The notes beneath the pieces are model-generated. The model saw nothing but the letters and a program-made list of their open reading frames with translations. It ran no database searches and was not told where the DNA came from. DNA of 64,000 nt from Flavobacteriales bacterium (GTDB lineage Bacteria > Bacteroidota > Bacteroidia > Palsa-965), in the NCBI GenBank assembly GCA_040377305.1, contig JBEIPA010000001.1, forward strand, positions 203,324-267,323, written 5' to 3'. The translations under genes were made by a program, and so were the position numbers. Within the stretch, counting starts at the first letter, position 1. The number at the start of each line of letters is the position of its first letter. Positions 8,387 through 18,584 of the stretch are shown here, in pieces.

Positions 8387-9295
8387 CTACTTTTTACGTT
8401 TGAAATTTCCCGGTTTGTTCCTCGGCTTATTTCCGTCGAATTTGCCCTTCGGCTTATCACTTCCCGCCTTACCGGGCTTATGACCTCCAGGTTTTCCCTT
8501 TCCGGATGCACTTCCTTTCGGCTTGCCACTCCACTTGCGGGATTGTGTAACCACCTTCTTCTCCTTACCTGCACTCTCTTCCGATTTTTCAATCGATTTG
8601 AAAATTCCGCGCATCTCATCCGGAGTAAGATCACGCCAGTCACCTTGTGGTAATCCTTTCAAAGTAATGTTCATGATACGCACGCGCTCGAGCTTCACAA
8701 CTTCGTAACCGAAATACTCGCACATGCGACGAATCTGCCGGTTCAATCCTTGTACAAGTATGATTCGAAAAATATTAGGTGTCTCTTTTTTGATCACACA
8801 TTTCTTCGTGCGTTGACCAAGAATCGGCACACCCGCACCCATGCCGCTGATGAAATCGTCCGTGATCGGCTTGTTGACCGTTACCACATATTCTTTCTCG
8901 TGATTATTCGAAGCACGGAGAATCTTATTCACGATATCACCATCGCTCGTGAGGAAAATTAATCCCTGTGAATCTTTGTCTAGTCGTCCAATCGGAAAAA
9001 CGCGACGACTGTGATTAACGAAGTCAATGATGTTCGTGCGATCTCCTAATTCAGTTGTACTCGTCACACCCGGCGGCTTATTCAGTACAATGTAAATCTG
9101 CTGAGACTTCTCCATCGGCTCCAGCGCATTTCCATTGACGTGCACCACATCACCGGGATTAACCTGGTCGCCAATTTTCGCACGCTTGCCGTTGATCTTG
9201 ACGTTGCCTTGTTCAATGAATCGATCAGCTTCGCGACGGGAGCAAACTCCAGATTCAGCAATAAACTTATTAAGACGAACTGCTTGTGACATCAT
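8387..9295 (-). CDS. rluF: 23S rRNA pseudouridine(2604) synthase RluF
   Basis: S4 domain [18 protein letters not shown], catalytic [22 protein letters not shown], Lys/Gly-rich tail; true start may be the second ATG (9292). Confidence 0.92.
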   Translation of the reverse strand: MMSQAVRLNKFIAESGVCSRREADRFIEQGNVKINGKRAKIGDQVNPGDVVHVNGNALEPMEKSQQIYIVLNKPPGVTSTTELGDRTNIIDFVNHSRRVFPIGRLDKDSQGLIFLTSDGDIVNKILRASNNHEKEYVVTVNKPITDDFISGMGAGVPILGQRTKKCVIKKETPNIFRIILVQGLNRQIRRMCEYFGYEVVKLERVRIMNITLKGLPQGDWRDLTPDEMRGIFKSIEKSEESAGKEKKVVTQSRKWSGKPKGSASGKGKPGGHKPGKAGSDKPKGKFDGNKPRNKPGNFKRKK

Positions 9296-9313
9296 TGCAA
9301 AGATACTTCAAAC

Positions 9314-9347
9314 AAAAAGTCCCGACAGCAATGCTATCGGGACTTTT
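9314..9347 (-). terminator. Intrinsic terminator after the S8 peptidase
   Basis: AAAAGTCCCGA...TCGGGACTTTT hairpin with A/T tracts on both sides. Confidence 0.8.
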
Positions 9348-9364
9348 ATGCATTGGAATGCAAT

Positions 9365-11008
9365 TTATTTCTTCGGTGTTCCTGATGCCATTTGCACAGC
9401 AGCATAAAGGTCCACTACTCCACCTGTTCTGCTGAGTGTTTCGAACTTCCCTGTAATTGCTTTCTTGGCTTCACCTTTCTTGTTGAATTTGAATTGACCC
9501 GGGATGTTGACTTTCTTCTTGGACAACGACTTGTCGGATGAAGTTTCAACAATTCGCTTAATGTCTACTGCAGAAAGATTCGGGAAATATGTTTTCAATA
9601 CCGCACATACTCCTGCAGTCACAGGCGATGCCATTGAAGTTCCGCTAGCGTTTGCATAACCGTTCTCAGGTTTAGTTGAGTAAATATCAACGCCAGGTGC
9701 AAACACATCTACATTGTTCTTACCGTAGTTAGAAAACGGAGCAGGTGAATCTTTTCCAGTTCTCCAGTTGAGTGCACCAACTTCAATCCAGTTGGTTGCA
9801 ACTCCACCATCCAGATATCTTGGATTCGGGAAGTTGTTCGTTTTGTCGTTATTCTTCGCATCATTTCCAGCAGCGTGAACAAGTAATACACCTTTGCTCT
9901 CTGCATATTTAACCGCTTTGTCAACGATTGCTTTGTTGTAACCGTAAGATTTTCCAAAACTCATGTTGATGATCTTCGCACCATTGTCAACGGCATAAAT
10001 AATTCCGTTCGCAACATCCTTATCGCGCTCGTCACCATCCGGAACTACGCGAATGCCCATGATCTTCACTGCATTTGAAACGCCATCAATTCCAAGGTTG
10101 TTCCCGCGCTGCGCTGCAATGATTCCTGCAACGTGCGTTCCGTGGAATGCATCTGGTCCTTTGATGTCGGCATTGCCGTAATACTTCTCTTCCTGGTTTT
10201 CGTAGTCATCACCCACAATACTGCGTGGATCATAATCAGTGTTCAAATGATAATCAAGCATGCTGTTGTAAGCTTTTACGCCCTCTGCGATCTCAGCATT
10301 AAGTGAAGTCCACTCTTCCGCCGATCTTACAACCAATGTCTTCAGCAACAAGTGATACTTGCTGTACATCGGACTCGCGTTGTGATTCTTGAAATCATCG
10401 TACGTCACCGTGTCTTTTCCGGTTCTTGATTTGATTTCATCTTTGAAACCGTCGTTCATTTTCTGGAAACCTACGATATCATCAAGCGTTTTCTTTACTT
10501 CATCGTACTTCGCGTTGTAGTCTGTCTGTACAATGATGTAACGTGAAAATTCTGCTGTATCACTTGCAGGAAGATCCTCACGCGTTTTACCCTTGAATTT
10601 TTTCTTCATACGACGATACTCGCGCGTAAGCTCCAGATTATCGTGCTCCACATTTTCTCCGTTCGCACCACCGATGAAATTCCATCCGTAAATGTCATCT
10701 ATGTAACCGTTTTTGTCATCATCGATTTTGTTCGCAGGAATTTCGCCCGGGTTGTGCCACATCACGTTCTTGAGATCTTCGTGATTGTAGTCAACGCCAC
10801 CGTCAATTACGGCAACAATAATTGTATCGGGAGTTTTTCCGTTCAACAGATCATTGTAAGTCTTCTCAGTTCCAACACCGCGTGTTCCGTTGTCTTTGTA
10901 AGAAAGATTGAACCAGCTCTTTGGTGCTTCAGTAGGATCACCAGTCTGATAAAATGTTGCGCTTATAGCAAAAGCCGCAATGGGGATAATCAAAAGAAAT
11001 TTCTTCAT
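9365..11008 (-). CDS. Secreted S8 family (subtilisin-like) serine peptidase
   Basis: Signal peptide; triad motifs VAVIDGG, HGTHVAG, GTSMASP; AAGN oxyanion motif. Confidence 0.95.
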   Translation of the reverse strand: MKKFLLIIPIAAFAISATFYQTGDPTEAPKSWFNLSYKDNGTRGVGTEKTYNDLLNGKTPDTIIVAVIDGGVDYNHEDLKNVMWHNPGEIPANKIDDDKNGYIDDIYGWNFIGGANGENVEHDNLELTREYRRMKKKFKGKTREDLPASDTAEFSRYIIVQTDYNAKYDEVKKTLDDIVGFQKMNDGFKDEIKSRTGKDTVTYDDFKNHNASPMYSKYHLLLKTLVVRSAEEWTSLNAEIAEGVKAYNSMLDYHLNTDYDPRSIVGDDYENQEEKYYGNADIKGPDAFHGTHVAGIIAAQRGNNLGIDGVSNAVKIMGIRVVPDGDERDKDVANGIIYAVDNGAKIINMSFGKSYGYNKAIVDKAVKYAESKGVLLVHAAGNDAKNNDKTNNFPNPRYLDGGVATNWIEVGALNWRTGKDSPAPFSNYGKNNVDVFAPGVDIYSTKPENGYANASGTSMASPVTAGVCAVLKTYFPNLSAVDIKRIVETSSDKSLSKKKVNIPGQFKFNKKGEAKKAITGKFETLSRTGGVVDLYAAVQMASGTPKK

Positions 11009-11162
11009 TGGAAATTTTTATTTACGTGTCAAAAGTAAGTATTTGAGAGGGAGAATAAACCCCAAAAATGGTGAAGATGACGGACGGTAGTGGTACCGGA
11101 TGATCAGCGAAAATCAGTCGGGAACGGTCGGCTTTTACACCGAAATCCGTAGCTCAAGCTTC

Positions 11163-11273
11163 TTAAATCAGAATCAGAATTCCCACCACCGCGGTAATCA
11201 AAATCGTGGTCCAGAATGTGTAAATCTGAATACTCTCAACCGAGTTGAAGCGAGGAAAAAGCCTTTTCAGCAT
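11163..11273 (-). CDS. Unannotated 36-aa small membrane protein
   Basis: MLKRLFPRFNSVESIQIYTFWTTILITAVVGILILI*; basic N-terminus and C-terminal TM helix; below the ORF-track cutoff. Confidence 0.6.
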   Translation of the reverse strand: MLKRLFPRFNSVESIQIYTFWTTILITAVVGILILI

Positions 11274-11396
11274 GCGTACAGGGGTGTGATAAATGTATTG
11301 CCGGTACAATTATAGGGCGATTTTGAGCCATATACCAGACAATTTCGATGAAGCACACAGCGAAACCCACGAAATTCATGCCGGACAAGACAAAGC

Positions 11397-11434
11397 AAAA
11401 AGTCCCTTCGGGCCGCAGCCTAAAGGGACTTTTT
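11397..11434 (-). terminator. Intrinsic terminator after the acyl-CoA dehydrogenase
   Basis: AAAAAGTCCCTT...AAGGGACTTTTT. Confidence 0.8.
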
Positions 11435-11452
11435 ACCGTATCAAGTATCTGT

Positions 11453-12594
11453 TTATTCTTTGATAATCTCCCGTGCGATCACCATTTTCTGAATTTCTGA
11501 AGTTCCCTCGCCGATCGTACACAGCTTGGAATCGCGGTAAAACTTCTCTGCCGGGAAGTCTTTTGTGTATCCGTAACCACCGAAAATCTGAACACCTTCT
11601 GTAGCCACACGCACACAAACTTCAGATGCGTAATACTTCGCGAACGCCGATGCTTTGGTCACTTTCTCTCCACGATTCTTGAGATCTGCAGCCTTCATGG
11701 TCAAAAGCTCAGCAGCATCAATTTCCGTTGCCATATCAGCCAACTTGAAAGCAATTGCCTGGAAATGAGAAATTGGTTTGCCGAATTGCTGTCGCTCTTT
11801 CGAATACTGCAACGCGGCTTCGTATGCTCCGCGCGCAATTCCCAATGATACGGCTGCGATAGAAATACGTCCGCCATCAAGAACTTTCATCGCCTGAACA
11901 AATCCTTCACCAACTTTTCCGAGAATCTGGCTCTTATGTACACGGCAATCTGTAAACACCAACTCGGCTGTTTCAGATGCACGCATCCCAAGCTTATTCT
12001 CCTTCTTCCCTGGTGCAAATCCTTTCGTGCCCTTCTCAATAATGAAAGCGGTTGTAGAATTAGACGCACCCTTTTCTCCGGTACGTACAATCACAACTGC
12101 AACATCACCGGAAATCGCGTGGGTGATAAAATTCTTTGATCCGTTGATAATGTAATCATCTCCGTCAGGCACTGCTGTGGTTAACATTCCACCAGCATCT
12201 GAACCTGTATTCTGTTCCGTGAGCCCCAGGCGCCAATCCACTCACCAGTAGCAAGCTTCGGCAAATATTTTTTCTTCTGCTCTTCGTTTCCGAATGCAAG
12301 AATGTGACCTGTACAAAGGGAATTGTGTGCAGCTACTGACAGGCAAATTGATCCGCAGATCTTACCGATTTCAGTCAGCGCAGTTACGTATTCGAAATAT
12401 CCGAAACCCGCTCCACCGTACTCCGGCGGAACCAGAACTCCAAGCAACCCAAGATCGCCGAGCTTCTTCATCACCTCCACAGGAAACTCTTGCGATTCAT
12501 CCCACTCCATCAATTTCGGACGAATATGTTCTGCGCCGAATTTGCGGATCATTTCAGCAATCATTACTTGATTCTCATTCTGTTTGAACTCCAT
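11453..12594 (-). pseudogene. Acyl-CoA dehydrogenase split by a 1-nt frameshift (pseudogene or sequencing error)
   Basis: N-terminal part ends GEWIGAWG and C-terminal part resumes LTEQNTGSDAGG in another frame; one extra G in the run at 12224-12227 restores a full gene ending IGEGTSEIQKMVIAR. Confidence 0.85.
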
Positions 12595-12681
12595 AGGGAA
12601 AAGTGTGTTTTTCGGAGGTCAAAAATAACAGAAAAAAGGGATGAGGAATCGGTAATACCGGATGAGTGACAAGAAAAAGGA

Positions 12682-13203
12682 TTAATCTCTCAACAAACTC
12701 ACAATTTCATTGGAATAAGCGGTCAGCACTTCGCGCCCCTTGAGAAAATCCAACTCAACTACAAACGAAAACGCCGCAACAGTTCCACCTTGAAGCTCCA
12801 CAAGCTTAGCAGCAGCAACAGCCGTTCCTCCTGTTGCAAGAAGATCGTCGTGAATCATTACGTTCCAGCCTGCTTTCACCGCATCCTCATGCATTTCAAT
12901 GCGCGCGGTTCCGTATTCCAAAGCGTAATCAATTCCAACAGTTTTCCAAGGAAGCTTTCCTGATTTACGTATCGGAATAAATGGAACGCCCATTTTCAAG
13001 GCCAACGCATAGCCAAACAGAAATCCACGGCTTTCAATTCCGGCAATCGCATCAATCTTTTTGTTTAAGAAATGATTTGCGAATTCATCAACAATTGCAA
13101 CACCGATTTTGGCATCGTGCAAAAGCGGAGTTACGTCTTTGAACATAATTCCTTTCTTCGGGAAGTCGGGAACGAGGCGAATTGCGTTGCGAATGAGATC
13201 CAT
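12682..13203 (-). CDS. apt: Adenine phosphoribosyltransferase
   Basis: PDFPKKGIMFKD, GIESRGF, RKSGKLP, YALEYG, HDDLLATGGT. Confidence 0.97.
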   Translation of the reverse strand: MDLIRNAIRLVPDFPKKGIMFKDVTPLLHDAKIGVAIVDEFANHFLNKKIDAIAGIESRGFLFGYALALKMGVPFIPIRKSGKLPWKTVGIDYALEYGTARIEMHEDAVKAGWNVMIHDDLLATGGTAVAAAKLVELQGGTVAAFSFVVELDFLKGREVLTAYSNEIVSLLRD

Positions 13204-14102
13204 TAAAGCGTGAGGTAAGGAGAAAGTTTATCGTAGAGATCTTGCGTAATCAATTTACACTGCATGATATCGCTGAGCTGCTTAAAATTGCCGTGTTGTT
13301 TTCTGTAGTTCACCAATGCGCCAGCCACCGTTGGTGTGAAATAAGGATGTTTCTTCAGTTCCGAAACTGTGGCTGTGTTTACACTCAACTTTGTGACGTA
13401 CGACGGATCACACGTGAATGAAGACTCTATCTCCGTGTACTTCGTCTGATCAATTCCATAAACTTCCATTAACTGTTCTTTGGAATGAAATCCTCCAAGT
13501 CGAAAACGATAATCCACAATTCGTTTTGCAACAGATGGCCAGATTCCCCACACCTTGACTAGCTCGGTCGTATCAGCCGTATTCAACTCCATGATAACTT
13601 TTGGCTTTTCCTTCTTCACGAAAGTGTTAGAGCTGTCGCGCGGAATCACAATGTATTGCTCCAACTCATTGTATTTCTCCGGTGAAATCACGTAGAGCTT
13701 CTTTACATCATCTTTCGATTTGAAGTTTCCACCCTTCGCTTCAAAATTTTTCACCGACTGCGCTTGCTTCGGAGTAAGTCCGAGACGTACCCAATCACTT
13801 TCGGCAAGTCCGTTCGGATTAAACAGAAACAATTCATTCTGCTGATACACTGATCGCTGACCAGCCATGAAAGCAACCTCCACCTCCACTTTCTCGGCAA
13901 ACACTTTCACAGCCTCACCTTCTTCGGCCTTATTCAGTTGCTCGTAATATTCAGCCGGAATTTCAGTCGGTACAGATGCTGGCTCAAACAAAGCGGGCTT
14001 CAAAACGAGATAGGCAATTACACCCACCAGCAAAAAGCACAACACGCCAATGCCGTTCCGCTCTTGCTTTGTAAATGAGAATAATTCCTTCCAGTTTTTC
14101 AT
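13203..14102 (-). CDS. ComEA-like helix-hairpin-helix DNA-binding membrane protein
   Basis: FSFTKQERNG plus TM helix, FNPN, LNTAD...GI...AKRIVDYR..LGGF and VNTA repeats; TAATG overlaps with both neighbours. Confidence 0.88.
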   Translation of the reverse strand: MKNWKELFSFTKQERNGIGVLCFLLVGVIAYLVLKPALFEPASVPTEIPAEYYEQLNKAEEGEAVKVFAEKVEVEVAFMAGQRSVYQQNELFLFNPNGLAESDWVRLGLTPKQAQSVKNFEAKGGNFKSKDDVKKLYVISPEKYNELEQYIVIPRDSSNTFVKKEKPKVIMELNTADTTELVKVWGIWPSVAKRIVDYRFRLGGFHSKEQLMEVYGIDQTKYTEIESSFTCDPSYVTKLSVNTATVSELKKHPYFTPTVAGALVNYRKQHGNFKQLSDIMQCKLITQDLYDKLSPYLTL

Positions 14103-15586
14103 TACTGCTGAATGGCTTTCTTGTCGATTACGTTTTTCAGGAAGTAATAAATCGGAACACCGAGTCCGACAAGAATTAATCCTGCAACGGAGTTTCGCGT
14201 ATCCATGAATATCAAGTCAATGCAAATCGCAGATGCAACAATGATGTACAACGCAGGCACAATCGGGTAACCGAGCGCTTTATAAGGTCGTGGTGCATCG
14301 GGCTCTTTCTTTCTCAGCACAAACAATCCTGCGATGGTCACACAATAGAAAATCAGTGACGCGAACGTTGCATACGAAAGCAGATCTCCATACTTGCCGG
14401 AGAAGCACAAAGCACACGCCCATATTGCTTGTATCCATAACGCAAATGCCGGCACACCGTTTTCGTTGAGCTTACCAGCGCGTGGAAAAAACAATCCGTC
14501 TTTCGACATTGCGTAAAACAATCTTCCGCCCGCGAGAATAATTCCGTTGTTGCAACCGAATGTTGAAACCATGATGAGGACAGCCATCATTATAGAAGCA
14601 GATGATCCGAAAATCATATACGCAGCGGAAGAACCTATACGATCATTTTCTGCATGTTGAATTCCCTGCGTGACAATATCATTTCTCGTGATTTCTGCAC
14701 CCGGCAATATATTCACAGGATCGCCTTCGAGTGGGAGCAAAGAGAGATAAGCAAGATTGGCAAGCAGGTATAATACGGTTACAATTGCAGTTCCCAGAAT
14801 GAGGCTTCGTGGAATATTTTTCGCCGGTTCTTTAATTTCTCCTGCGATGAATGTCACGTTATTCCATGCGTCGCTGGAGAAAAGTGAATTGATCATCGTG
14901 AAACCAAGCACCATCATCAGACCGATTCCTGCTAATGGAGAATTGGTGGTGGTGCCGTCATCCGCAACTTCTGTGCGCGAAGCAGTCCACGAATCAGTAA
15001 AATTAAGATCGAGTACATCCGTGCTGAATCCTACATACAATCCCAGTACAATCAACGCCAGAAGTGCCAGCAATTTCGCAGAAGTAAAAATCTTCGCTAC
15101 CCACGCTCCTCCTTCTACTCCACGTGTGTTCCACATGGTCAGCAAAAGGATCAACCCGACGGCAACAAGATGTGCTCTGGTAATTTTCAACCAACCCGCT
15201 TCAACGATGATATGTTTCGAACTGAGTGCAGGAATTAATTCCGAAGTATAATTCGCGAACGCAATAGCTACTGCCGCAATCACTCCGGTCTGAATTACAC
15301 TGAATACTGTCCATCCGTACAGAAACGCAGTCAACCTTCCGAATGCGCGACGAATGTAAACGTATTGCCCTCCCGCTTCCGGCATCATGCCTGCGAGCTC
15401 TCCGTAACTCAACGCCGCTGCGAGTGTAATTACTCCGCTGATGATCCACGCAAGCATGAGCCATCCTGCAGAGCCAACGTCGCGCGACATTTGCGCACTC
15501 ACGAGAAATATTCCGGAACCAATCATGGAACCCGCAACAATCGAAGTGGCGTCAATTAATCCTAAACGTTGTTTGAATCCAGACAT
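14102..15586 (-). CDS. APC family amino acid permease
   Basis: GSMIGSGIF, ELAGMMPEAGGQYVY, FIAGEIKEP, RPYKALGYP; about 12 TM helices. Confidence 0.93.
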   Translation of the reverse strand: MSGFKQRLGLIDATSIVAGSMIGSGIFLVSAQMSRDVGSAGWLMLAWIISGVITLAAALSYGELAGMMPEAGGQYVYIRRAFGRLTAFLYGWTVFSVIQTGVIAAVAIAFANYTSELIPALSSKHIIVEAGWLKITRAHLVAVGLILLLTMWNTRGVEGGAWVAKIFTSAKLLALLALIVLGLYVGFSTDVLDLNFTDSWTASRTEVADDGTTTNSPLAGIGLMMVLGFTMINSLFSSDAWNNVTFIAGEIKEPAKNIPRSLILGTAIVTVLYLLANLAYLSLLPLEGDPVNILPGAEITRNDIVTQGIQHAENDRIGSSAAYMIFGSSASIMMAVLIMVSTFGCNNGIILAGGRLFYAMSKDGLFFPRAGKLNENGVPAFALWIQAIWACALCFSGKYGDLLSYATFASLIFYCVTIAGLFVLRKKEPDAPRPYKALGYPIVPALYIIVASAICIDLIFMDTRNSVAGLILVGLGVPIYYFLKNVIDKKAIQQ

Positions 15587-15611
15587 AAAAAAGGGCGGGA
15601 GTTACCCGCCC
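15587..15611 (-). terminator. Terminator-like hairpin between the two permeases
   Basis: Minus strand GGGCGGG-TAACT-CCCGCCC-TTTTTT directly before ATG 15586. Confidence 0.65.
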
Positions 15612-15628
15612 GATATAAGAAGCTTAAA

Positions 15629-17209
15629 TTAATTGCCTTTGTTGAGCTTGCTGTTCTTCTTTCCGTAGAGGAAATAAATAACAAGACCAGCTGCCATCCA
15701 ATAACCTGCGACTTTCAGTGTTTGTACATCAAGTGCCACAATCATCATAAGGCAGATCGCCGCACCAAGAATCGAAACAACAGGTGCCATGGGTGTACGG
15801 AAAGGACGTTCCATGTCTGGTTTCTTCACACGAAGAACCCAGATGCCGATGCAAACAAGTACGAATGCGAACAGTGTTCCGAACGATGTAAGATCGCCTG
15901 CGACACTTCCCGGTACAAAAGCAGCGAACAACCCAACCATTACGAAAAGGATCATGTTTGCTTTGTAAGGTGTTTTGTATTTCGGATGCAGTTCACCGAA
16001 TGCTTTTGGAATCAAACCATCTGTACTCATGTTGTAGAATACACGGCTCTGACCCATCAACATCACCAGAATTACAGAAGAGAATCCTGCGAGAATTGCA
16101 ATCGTCACAGCTGTGCCCAACCACGCATAACCAGTCATGTACGTGTTAATCGCATAAGCTACTGATGCTTCTTTACCTGCAGTTGCAAATTCCTGATAAG
16201 GAGCAACGCCTGTCAATACGTGTCCGAAGAGAATGTAAAGTACAGTACACACAGCAAGTGATCCAAGAATTCCGATCGGCATATCGCGCTTCGGATTTTT
16301 CGCTTCCTGCGCAGCTGTACTTACCGCATCAAAACCAATGAAGGCGAAGAACACAATTGCTGCTCCTCCAAGTACACCGCCCCAGCCATGTTTGAATACA
16401 CCTTCGTGTCCAGCAACGCCTTCCGGAATCAGATACGGCGTGTGGTTTTCAGAATTAATGAAGCCCCAACCGATTGCGATGAACACAAGAACGATTGCAA
16501 CTTTGATGAAAACGATAATACCATTCACAATCGCCGACTCCTGAGTTCCTTTGATCAGAAGCAACGTGAGTAAGAAAAGAATTACAAGTGCAGGTGCGTT
16601 CATCATTCCGCTTGTCTGATTAACTGTTCCCTGAAGAGCTGCTGGCAAATGCGTGAACTGATCTTCAGAAAGAAGAAGGACCCCATCTTTTACACCTTTT
16701 ACAGTTTCAGGCAATGCGGTATTGATTGCAGTTATAGCATCGCCGCTTACTTTATATAAAGTTTCAAAAGGAGAGTGACACCATTCATACGGTATGCCGC
16801 CGCCTAAGAGATTATTCAGATATTCACTCCACGCAATTGAGACAGTCGCTGCACCCAGTGCGTATTCCATAATCAAAGCCCAACCGATAATCCATGCAAC
16901 GAGCTCACCCATGGTAACGTATGTATATGCATACGCGCTACCGGAAATCGGCATCATCGCAGCAAACTCCGCATAACACAGGCCCGCAAAAGCACAACCA
17001 ATAGCAGCAACAATGAATGACAACGTTACACCTGAACCCGCAGCTTCCGAAGCTGCAGCAGCAGTTCGAACGAAAAGTCCGGCCCCAATAATAGCACCGA
17101 TACCCAATGCAACCAGGCTCCATGCCGTTAACGTGCGTTTCATTCCCTTCTCGTTGTCAGCAGCCTGCGCGAGCATGACTTCAATAGATTTCTTCCTGAA
17201 TAAGCTCAT
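15629..17209 (-). CDS. Amino acid permease (cationic amino acid transporter-like, APC family)
   Basis: LGIGAIIGAGLF, AGLCYAEFAAM, FFAFIGFDAVSTAAQEAKNP. Confidence 0.93.
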   Translation of the reverse strand: MSLFRKKSIEVMLAQAADNEKGMKRTLTAWSLVALGIGAIIGAGLFVRTAAAASEAAGSGVTLSFIVAAIGCAFAGLCYAEFAAMMPISGSAYAYTYVTMGELVAWIIGWALIMEYALGAATVSIAWSEYLNNLLGGGIPYEWCHSPFETLYKVSGDAITAINTALPETVKGVKDGVLLLSEDQFTHLPAALQGTVNQTSGMMNAPALVILFLLTLLLIKGTQESAIVNGIIVFIKVAIVLVFIAIGWGFINSENHTPYLIPEGVAGHEGVFKHGWGGVLGGAAIVFFAFIGFDAVSTAAQEAKNPKRDMPIGILGSLAVCTVLYILFGHVLTGVAPYQEFATAGKEASVAYAINTYMTGYAWLGTAVTIAILAGFSSVILVMLMGQSRVFYNMSTDGLIPKAFGELHPKYKTPYKANMILFVMVGLFAAFVPGSVAGDLTSFGTLFAFVLVCIGIWVLRVKKPDMERPFRTPMAPVVSILGAAICLMMIVALDVQTLKVAGYWMAAGLVIYFLYGKKNSKLNKGN

Positions 17210-17293
17210 AGATTTTATCTCGTTTTGTGAAAAGTAAGAATCACCAAATATAACAAAACCGACATACCGGAATTCCGTAATTTGCGGTCAATT

Positions 17294-18583
17294 ATGATGA
17301 TTCTGCTGGTTTTTATCATTGGATATATTGCGATCACTTTGGAGCATCCGTTGAGGATGAATAAGGCTGCAACTGCTTTATTAACAGGTGCTCTCTGCTG
17401 GACGATTTACTGCATCGGCGACACAAGTCATTCCGCCGCTGAATCGCTCACGCATCATATTTCCGACATTGCCGGTATTCTCTTCTTTCTTCTTGGAGCG
17501 ATGACAATTGTTGAACTCATCGACGCGCATGAAGGATTTGAAATCATTACAACCAGAATCACCACATTATCCAGACGCCGCCTGCTCATTATAGTTGCTA
17601 TTGTCTCGTTCGTTTTATCAGCCTTACTGGATAATCTTACGACTTCAATCGTCATGGTTTCACTGGTGAGAAAATTGGTTCGCGACGAAAAGGACAGGTG
17701 GCTTTTTGCGGGCGTTCTCATCATCGCAGCGAATGCTGGAGGTGCGTGGTCGCCAATCGGCGATGTAACTACAACCATGTTATGGGTGGGCAACCAGATT
17801 TCCAGTATCGCGATTATGAAAAGTCTGATACTGCCCTCACTTGTTTGTCTGGCAGTTCCACTGGTGATCATGGCGTGGAGAATGAAGGGTAAGTTCGAAC
17901 GACCTGAATCATTAAATGAGGCGAAAACAATTCCCGCATCACCCGGTGATCGGTATATCGTATTCTTTACAGGAGTTCTTGTGTTGTTTATGGTACCGGT
18001 ATTCAAAGCCGTAACCGGTTTACCGCCGTTCATGGGCATACTCTTCGGAGTTGGTATACTTTGGTTAGTTACCGAAATCATTCACAAGAAAAAGAATGAC
18101 GATCATAGAAACGTGTTGTCTGTCGCAGGTGCATTACAGCGGATTGATACTCCTAGCATCTTGTTCTTCCTGGGAATTCTTCTCTCGATTAGCGCACTTG
18201 ATTCAGCCGGATTTCTCACCACACTTTCCGGATGGATGGATGCGAAATTCGAAAGCACAAATACAATCAACATCATGATTGGTCTAGCCTCTGCAGTGGT
18301 TGATAACGTACCATTAGTTGCCGCCGCCCAGGGAATGTATCCCTTAACGAACGACCCACTTGCATTGGAACAAGTCCGTGCGTTTTCAACCGATCATACG
18401 TTCTGGCACTTTCTTGCTTACTGCGCGGGCACCGGTGGAAGTATCTTAATCATCGGCTCTGCAGCTGGCGTTGCAGTAATGGGTATAGAGAAAATCAGTT
18501 TCTTCTGGTACCTGAAAAAAATCTCGCTGCCTGCACTTGCCGGATACTTAGCCGGCGCTATGGTTTACATTGCAATGAATTGA
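17294..18583 (+). CDS. nhaD: Na+/H+ antiporter NhaD family
   Basis: GAMTIVELIDAHEGF, LDNLTT, AANAGGAWSPIGDVTTTMLW, VDNVPLVAA, AGTGGSILIIGSAAG. Confidence 0.92.
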   Translation: MMILLVFIIGYIAITLEHPLRMNKAATALLTGALCWTIYCIGDTSHSAAESLTHHISDIAGILFFLLGAMTIVELIDAHEGFEIITTRITTLSRRRLLIIVAIVSFVLSALLDNLTTSIVMVSLVRKLVRDEKDRWLFAGVLIIAANAGGAWSPIGDVTTTMLWVGNQISSIAIMKSLILPSLVCLAVPLVIMAWRMKGKFERPESLNEAKTIPASPGDRYIVFFTGVLVLFMVPVFKAVTGLPPFMGILFGVGILWLVTEIIHKKKNDDHRNVLSVAGALQRIDTPSILFFLGILLSISALDSAGFLTTLSGWMDAKFESTNTINIMIGLASAVVDNVPLVAAAQGMYPLTNDPLALEQVRAFSTDHTFWHFLAYCAGTGGSILIIGSAAGVAVMGIEKISFFWYLKKISLPALAGYLAGAMVYIAMN

Positions 18584-18584
18584 C

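Noticed and set aside
11009-11396. rnpA or an RNA gene in the long gap before the S8 peptidase
   Set aside because: No RnpA-like ORF and no tRNA or SRP motif; only the 36-aa ORF is supported.
9314-11434. Shared AAAAAGTCCC...GGGACTTTT ends as boundaries of a mobile unit
   Set aside because: Both are ordinary terminators directly after genes, with different loops and no mobility genes between them.
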